This document shows, piece after piece, positions 59,201 through 64,000 of a DNA stretch of 64,000 nucleotides. Position 1 is the first letter of the stretch; each line of letters begins with the position of its first letter. This DNA is from Laetmonice hystrix (lineage: Eukaryota), in NCBI GenBank assembly GCA_965235115.1, contig OZ249436.1, positions 52,082,001 to 52,146,000 on the forward strand, read 5' to 3'. A program made the translations under genes and the position numbers. The notes under the pieces are model-generated. The model was not told the origin of the DNA. It saw only the letters and a program-made list of their open reading frames with translations, and did no database searches.

Positions 59201-62200
59201 CACTAAACAAACTGGGCTTCTTCCTGGAGAAACATGAGTTTGACAAACTCTGGAGTCGGTGAGTATAAATATTAGAACAAAATAAATAATAAACCGCACT
59301 TCTGTCATCATGATGGCCTTTAAATTTTTGTCAGTTCGGCCTTTAAATTTGATGTTGCCATGGTAAAAGTTTAACACATCGTTTTGCTTCCTGAAGTTAC
59401 GACCCTGAGGGATCAGGCACAGTAAACGGAGAGCGACTCATGCAGAGATTGGGGGTCGCAATAGATACGTTCACCCCCAAACCTGATTCTATGGAGACAG
59501 GTAGGCACCCACTTCTATAGCTGTCATAATATGTGGATTACAAAACTACTTGTCCAACGTATTTCTGGTTTGGGAGAAACTAATTTGTCTGGTTGTTTCA
59601 GGCGGTGCCCAGGGGCGTTCGCGTCCGCTGAAGAAAAAGGAATTGGAGCGACAAAGGTCGATGAATATCGAACAGTGGCTCAAGGCCAAGTTCCGGGAAG
59701 GATTCACCGGCATGAAGAAATCATTTGAGGAGTTTGATCACAGGAAAACCGGATATGTAAGCACATTCACGGAAAGGACAAGCTTTTCCCCCTTAATATT
59801 TGTGGGAATGGATAGATCTCACAGGACTGTTGAAAATTAAAAAGAAATCACACAGAAAGTGACAATATATAGAAGCGGTAATTGGGAAATGTACTCCACC
59901 TCTACGTTGCCCTGTTACCTTTCCATACCAATGCTCTGTACATGTATCGACATGTAAAGATATTTTGGTGTTTTCTTGCTCAGGTTCAGGCCGACCAGTT
60001 TCTGGAAGTTTTGGCTGGTTGTGGTCTGAGGTTGGAGAAGCCTCACCTGAACGAGTTCCTGGCCCGCTGTCAGGTGGAGGCAGCCTCTGATGGCGTCCCG
60101 TACTGTGAGTTCCTCATGCGCTTCCAAGATCGCAGCGAAGGTGGCATGGCGCACAAAATCTTGACCAACCCCAAGCATAGGTAGGCACAGAGAATGAGCT
60201 CATAAATTTCTAATATTTTTTATAATTAAGAATTGACTTGAATGCTCAAAAAATGGATGCCGTGTTGTCAGTTTTACACAATAACACGTGCCCTTATACG
60301 TTATATTTTAAAATTAGTATTTCATTAATCGTCCTTGCTGGCCAGATCCTGTGGGAATCTTAATCCAACTTACCATTTTCCTGGCAGATACAACAGGCCT
60401 GAGAGCCCAGGGGCCAACTCGACGCTGAGCGCCCTTGAGACGGAACTTATGAACATGTTCCAGAAGAAGTTCCTCAGCCTCCTTGGAACCTTCCAGTAGG
60501 TGTATCATGTCAGGATAAGTCAATAACATATAAAGGACTTTATGTCGGACGGCCGATTTTGATGTTTTAGAATTGGCAAACGATATTGCATTAAGTATTC
60601 CAGTTTTGCCCTATGTGGCTAGCCATAATACATGTACAATAGCAATAGTCAGTGGCTAATTAACATTAAAAAGATAACTATAATGTTGCCTCAGCTGTCA
60701 TGGCCAAACTCCAACACCCAGACCTTGGTTTGCTGCAATATTTTTTTCTTGTTTTGCATTCAAGTCTGAAATAGAAAGATGTCTCTCATTGGTAAGAATC
60801 CTGTTCTTTGTGATTGCAGTAAGATTGACAAGCTAGGAACGGACCGTTTGAGTCAGGAAGAGTTCAGGGCAGCTGTAGAGAGTTGTCTGACTCTGAACAT
60901 GACTGACGACCAGTTCAGGGCACTCATCGACCATGTACCGCTTGATGACGAGGGGCTTGTGAAATATGCAGACTTTATGTCCCAGTTTGACAGCAGGTAG
61001 GTGCAAAGATTGCAAAACCTTTTATGAAATTTTTATGAATTTTCCAGGATTTTGTAAAATGGGGTGGGATTCAACTTGGAGGTCTCAAAAAGGAGAGGCG
61101 GTCAAACATGGTCAATTCAGAAAGCTCTGTGGGGCGCCGTCACCCCCCCCCCCCAAGTCCGCTGCACGCCATTCGCTCGTCACAGTGGGCCTACTGAGAG
61201 GCTACCTCCCTATTGGTAAACCTTGCAGTGACAGTTTTAATGTTTTACTTCTCCACCAGGGGTCGCGCACCGAGTTTGTTTGACGGAGAATCAGTGCGAC
61301 TGAAGTCGAAACCTATCGGTCCTCTTCCTGCCGATCCGTCCCCGTCTCCACCCCCACAGACACGGGCCTCTCCTTGCCATGCCGTGAGCCCTGTACCTGC
61401 TGATGACGGCATACTCATCGAGGCTCCAATACATCGGTCTACACACGAGCTCTTCAAGGTAATCTCAGCCGATAATCTGATCAATCCGGCAGCTCAGCCA
61501 GCATCTAGGTGGTTTTAGCGTATTTGTGATAGCGTTCAGTGGAGTGAGAATATAAGACGTACACATAAGTGTTTTAATTAATTGAGATATAAGTGAGGGT
61601 ATTAAAGATAATAATTTTATTTTTAATTTTTGATGGCTGAACCTTTACTGTGGGGAACTTTTAAAAAACCAACTCTGTCAGAAAAGTTTGCCTTCCAAGC
61701 CTTCATCAGTGGATCCGGCATGGTAACATTCCACAGAATTCGGAGGGAATAAGTAAAAATCTATGACTATGAAAAATTATCTCCAGCCGTGCTCTTAACC
61801 TAATGCCTTTCTTAACCAGATTATCAAGGACCTACTCAAGCGTGATTATCAAGCTGTCGAGATGGGATTCCAAGAACTCGACGAGTGGAACAGTAGGCGC
61901 CTATCACAGGAACTCATGTTCCAGCTGTTAAAAAGGTGGGGTTTTTATGTACTTACATCATAACATTTGGCTGAACTCCAGCTGGGTGACACAGACTTTA
62001 GTATAAATACATGTCAGAGATAAGGGTCGTCCTATAGCCATGTAAATATACTGTAAAATAACTGTTGGAACATTTCCGACTAATGAAATGAAAACCATTG
62101 GGATCCAGTCATCTCATACTCTTCTTTATTTTCCAATGGGATTGACCGATAGGTTGGAAGCGTCACAGATTTTGAATAACAATTTTATACTTTGCCAGGT

Positions 62201-63815
62201 TTGATGTTCAACCTGAGATAACACGAGGTGAAATCCGTGACCTGTGGAAGACTTTCATCACGAACCAGGACAAGACGCTCGACTTCCAGCAGTTTACGCG
62301 CCATTTTGGATACTCGCTCAAGTCAGCCTGCTTCCCCAACGCCAAGGTGAACCCACCAAAACGAGGAGATGCTGATTATATGATTCGCTCGCGCAAACTC
62401 AACTGTGCCGCTGACATGCTCCAAGACAACCTGAGAGCGAAGGTAAGTTGGGAATTTGTTATTTTATTTATTTTTATAATAAAAAATGGAGATTTCTTCA
62501 ATACATTTTAAAATTTCCACAAATAATGTTGGAGGCTATGCTTAGATCCCTGATAACCAGGGCCGTAGCGGAGGGGGGGGGGGGGGGAATGCACCTTGGG
62601 ATTTCAAATTTTTTAATAGGCTGTTTTTTTTACTTGAGTGTGTTTGTGTTCTATCCATAGATTGACTACATGTGGGAGGAGTTACGAGAGGAGTTCCTCG
62701 CCATGGATCCATACAAGACTGGATATGTTAACGCCGACGAGTTCCGGGAAGTGCTGTCTGAGCTCTGTGTCCACCTCAGCGAGTACGAACTCGATATGTT
62801 GACAAGGAAGTTTGACGTGAATAGCGATAGCAGGTTCGTTTCCGGTTCTCAGCTTTCAGTGTCTCCTCAAGTTGCTCTGTCCGAGTATGTGCATTGCATT
62901 TTTATAGTAGATCTATTGCTAATAAATTGTTTCAAGCGGGGGGTCAAAAGGAAATAAATAATTTATTACAAGGAAGGGGGGCACCTCCTAACCCCTCTCC
63001 TGGCTTTAATAAGTCTATCACGTGTTAATAAGAAAAACAATTGCAGGCTGAAATTATTATTGATTAGTTCTATGTATCCTTTCCAGGGTTTCCTACTTAG
63101 AGTTCCTGAAGCCTTTTGCCGCCAGAAAACAGGTTTGGCGCCATGGCAACAACATGTTGTCACTACTGCACCAACCAAATGCAACTCTTCCCGTCACCGA
63201 CGTAGGTGAACCCCCGCAAAAAGGACTCCATGGTCTGACCTCCAAACTCAGACACAAGGTAAAAAACCTCACCTTGAAAATATGAAGAAAGAAATAGTAG
63301 CGCTCAGTTTGTGACTGCAGCTAGGTTTAGGCCTTCAGTCTTTGGACTTAAAATGTAATTTGGGAGACACTAATAAGGCCCCGGTCTTTAAAGGCTTAAG
63401 TTTCGAAAAACCGGGCCCAGTATGTACTTGGCCTAGAATTCCCAATAGAACCTAAAGTTTTGTCGTTATCGGTTGTCCCTTTTGCTTCTGTTCCTTAAGT
63501 CGCCTTTTTCCACTAAACTGACTACTTAAGTAACATTGGTGTTCGTGTTTTGTTCTTCAGCTGACAGGAGATTGGAAGAACTTACGGCGGGCGTTCCGTA
63601 AGATGGACGTAAACAATGAGGGCTACCTCTCTCTGCCCGAGTTCCGGTCTGTACTAAAACTGGCCAATGTTATCTTGGACGAGGAAGAGGTCTACCATGT
63701 CATGAGTCGATTTGATGACAAAATGACAGGAAAGATACCTTACAACAAATTCCTCAACGACACATTCAACCCAAACCCACGTCAAACACCCACCAGAAAA
63801 TCTGCCACGATGTAA
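53241..63815 (+). CDS. EFCAB6: EF-hand calcium-binding domain-containing protein 6-like, spliced, 948 aa
   Basis: Exons 53241-53604, 57829-57920, 58203-58300, 58617-58871, 59121-59258, 59397-59500, 59602-59756, 59984-60180, 60388-60495, 60820-60996, 61260-61458, 61820-61935, 62199-62442, 62661-62833, 63087-63258, 63561-63815, all in frame. Repeated EF-hand loops (DPEGKGNVSR, DHRKTGYVQA, DPYKTGYVNADE, DVNNEGYLSLPE). The gene structure is firm; the exact orthology is inferred. Confidence 0.75.
54198..54429. mobile_element. PIF/Harbinger MITE
   Basis: Perfect 19-bp TIR ggggcggaccatttgatac / gtatcaaatggtccgcccc; TTA TSD on both sides. Confidence 0.85.
55808..57037 (+). mobile_element. Deleted PIF/ISL2EU-like transposon carrying a SAP-domain ORF relic
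   Basis: TIR agaccgttttccg / cggaaaatggtct. Internal frame MVSFETWTVPRLRLSLQERRVTILGYNKASLVEL resembles a SAP motif. Confidence 0.55.
57281..57298 (-). promoter_or_regulatory. CTCF-like motif
   Basis: Reverse complement ttgccaccagggggcact closely matches the CTCF core consensus. Confidence 0.45.
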
Positions 63816-64000
63816 ATTGGATAAATTATATAACAAAAAGGTCTGTTTCCCTCCGACAGTGATATTTTGTTATGATAGGTCAACATTCTTCGCCATTATA
63901 CGGTGTGTCACAACAGTGGCGAATTCAAAATTCTTGCTAAACTAAATGCTTCTGTTTGGCTTGTCCAAGCAGATTAACCACCAGAAACTTTAAGCGTAGG

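Overview
Intron-rich animal genomic DNA, probably from an invertebrate bilaterian; the species cannot be determined from the window. Five spliced protein-coding genes can be rebuilt exon by exon with GT-AG junctions and consistent phases: sphingosine kinase (minus, 6 coding exons, 627 aa), RPL18 (plus, 7 exons, 188 aa), a SMURF C2-WW3-HECT E3 ligase (minus, 17 exons plus one candidate cassette exon, 795/813 aa), a KDEL receptor (plus, 4 exons, 212 aa) and an EFCAB6-like EF-hand protein (plus, 16 exons, 948 aa). SPHK-RPL18 and SMURF-KDELR are head-to-head pairs. Introns and intergenic DNA carry many non-autonomous TIR transposons with recognisable target-site duplications (2, 3, 5, 6 and 9 bp), plus several minisatellites. 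The most interesting signals are in SMURF: a frame-preserving 54-nt exon encoding a PPxY WW-ligand motif next to the WW domains, a minisatellite that multiplies a splice donor eight times, and a tandem acceptor that would toggle between SMURF1-like and SMURF2-like HECT sequence. Two inverted 1.4-kb transposon copies bracket the 3' half of RPL18. No prokaryotic features (CRISPR, rRNA, tRNA) were found. Exon coordinates were read by eye and need RNA-seq confirmation.
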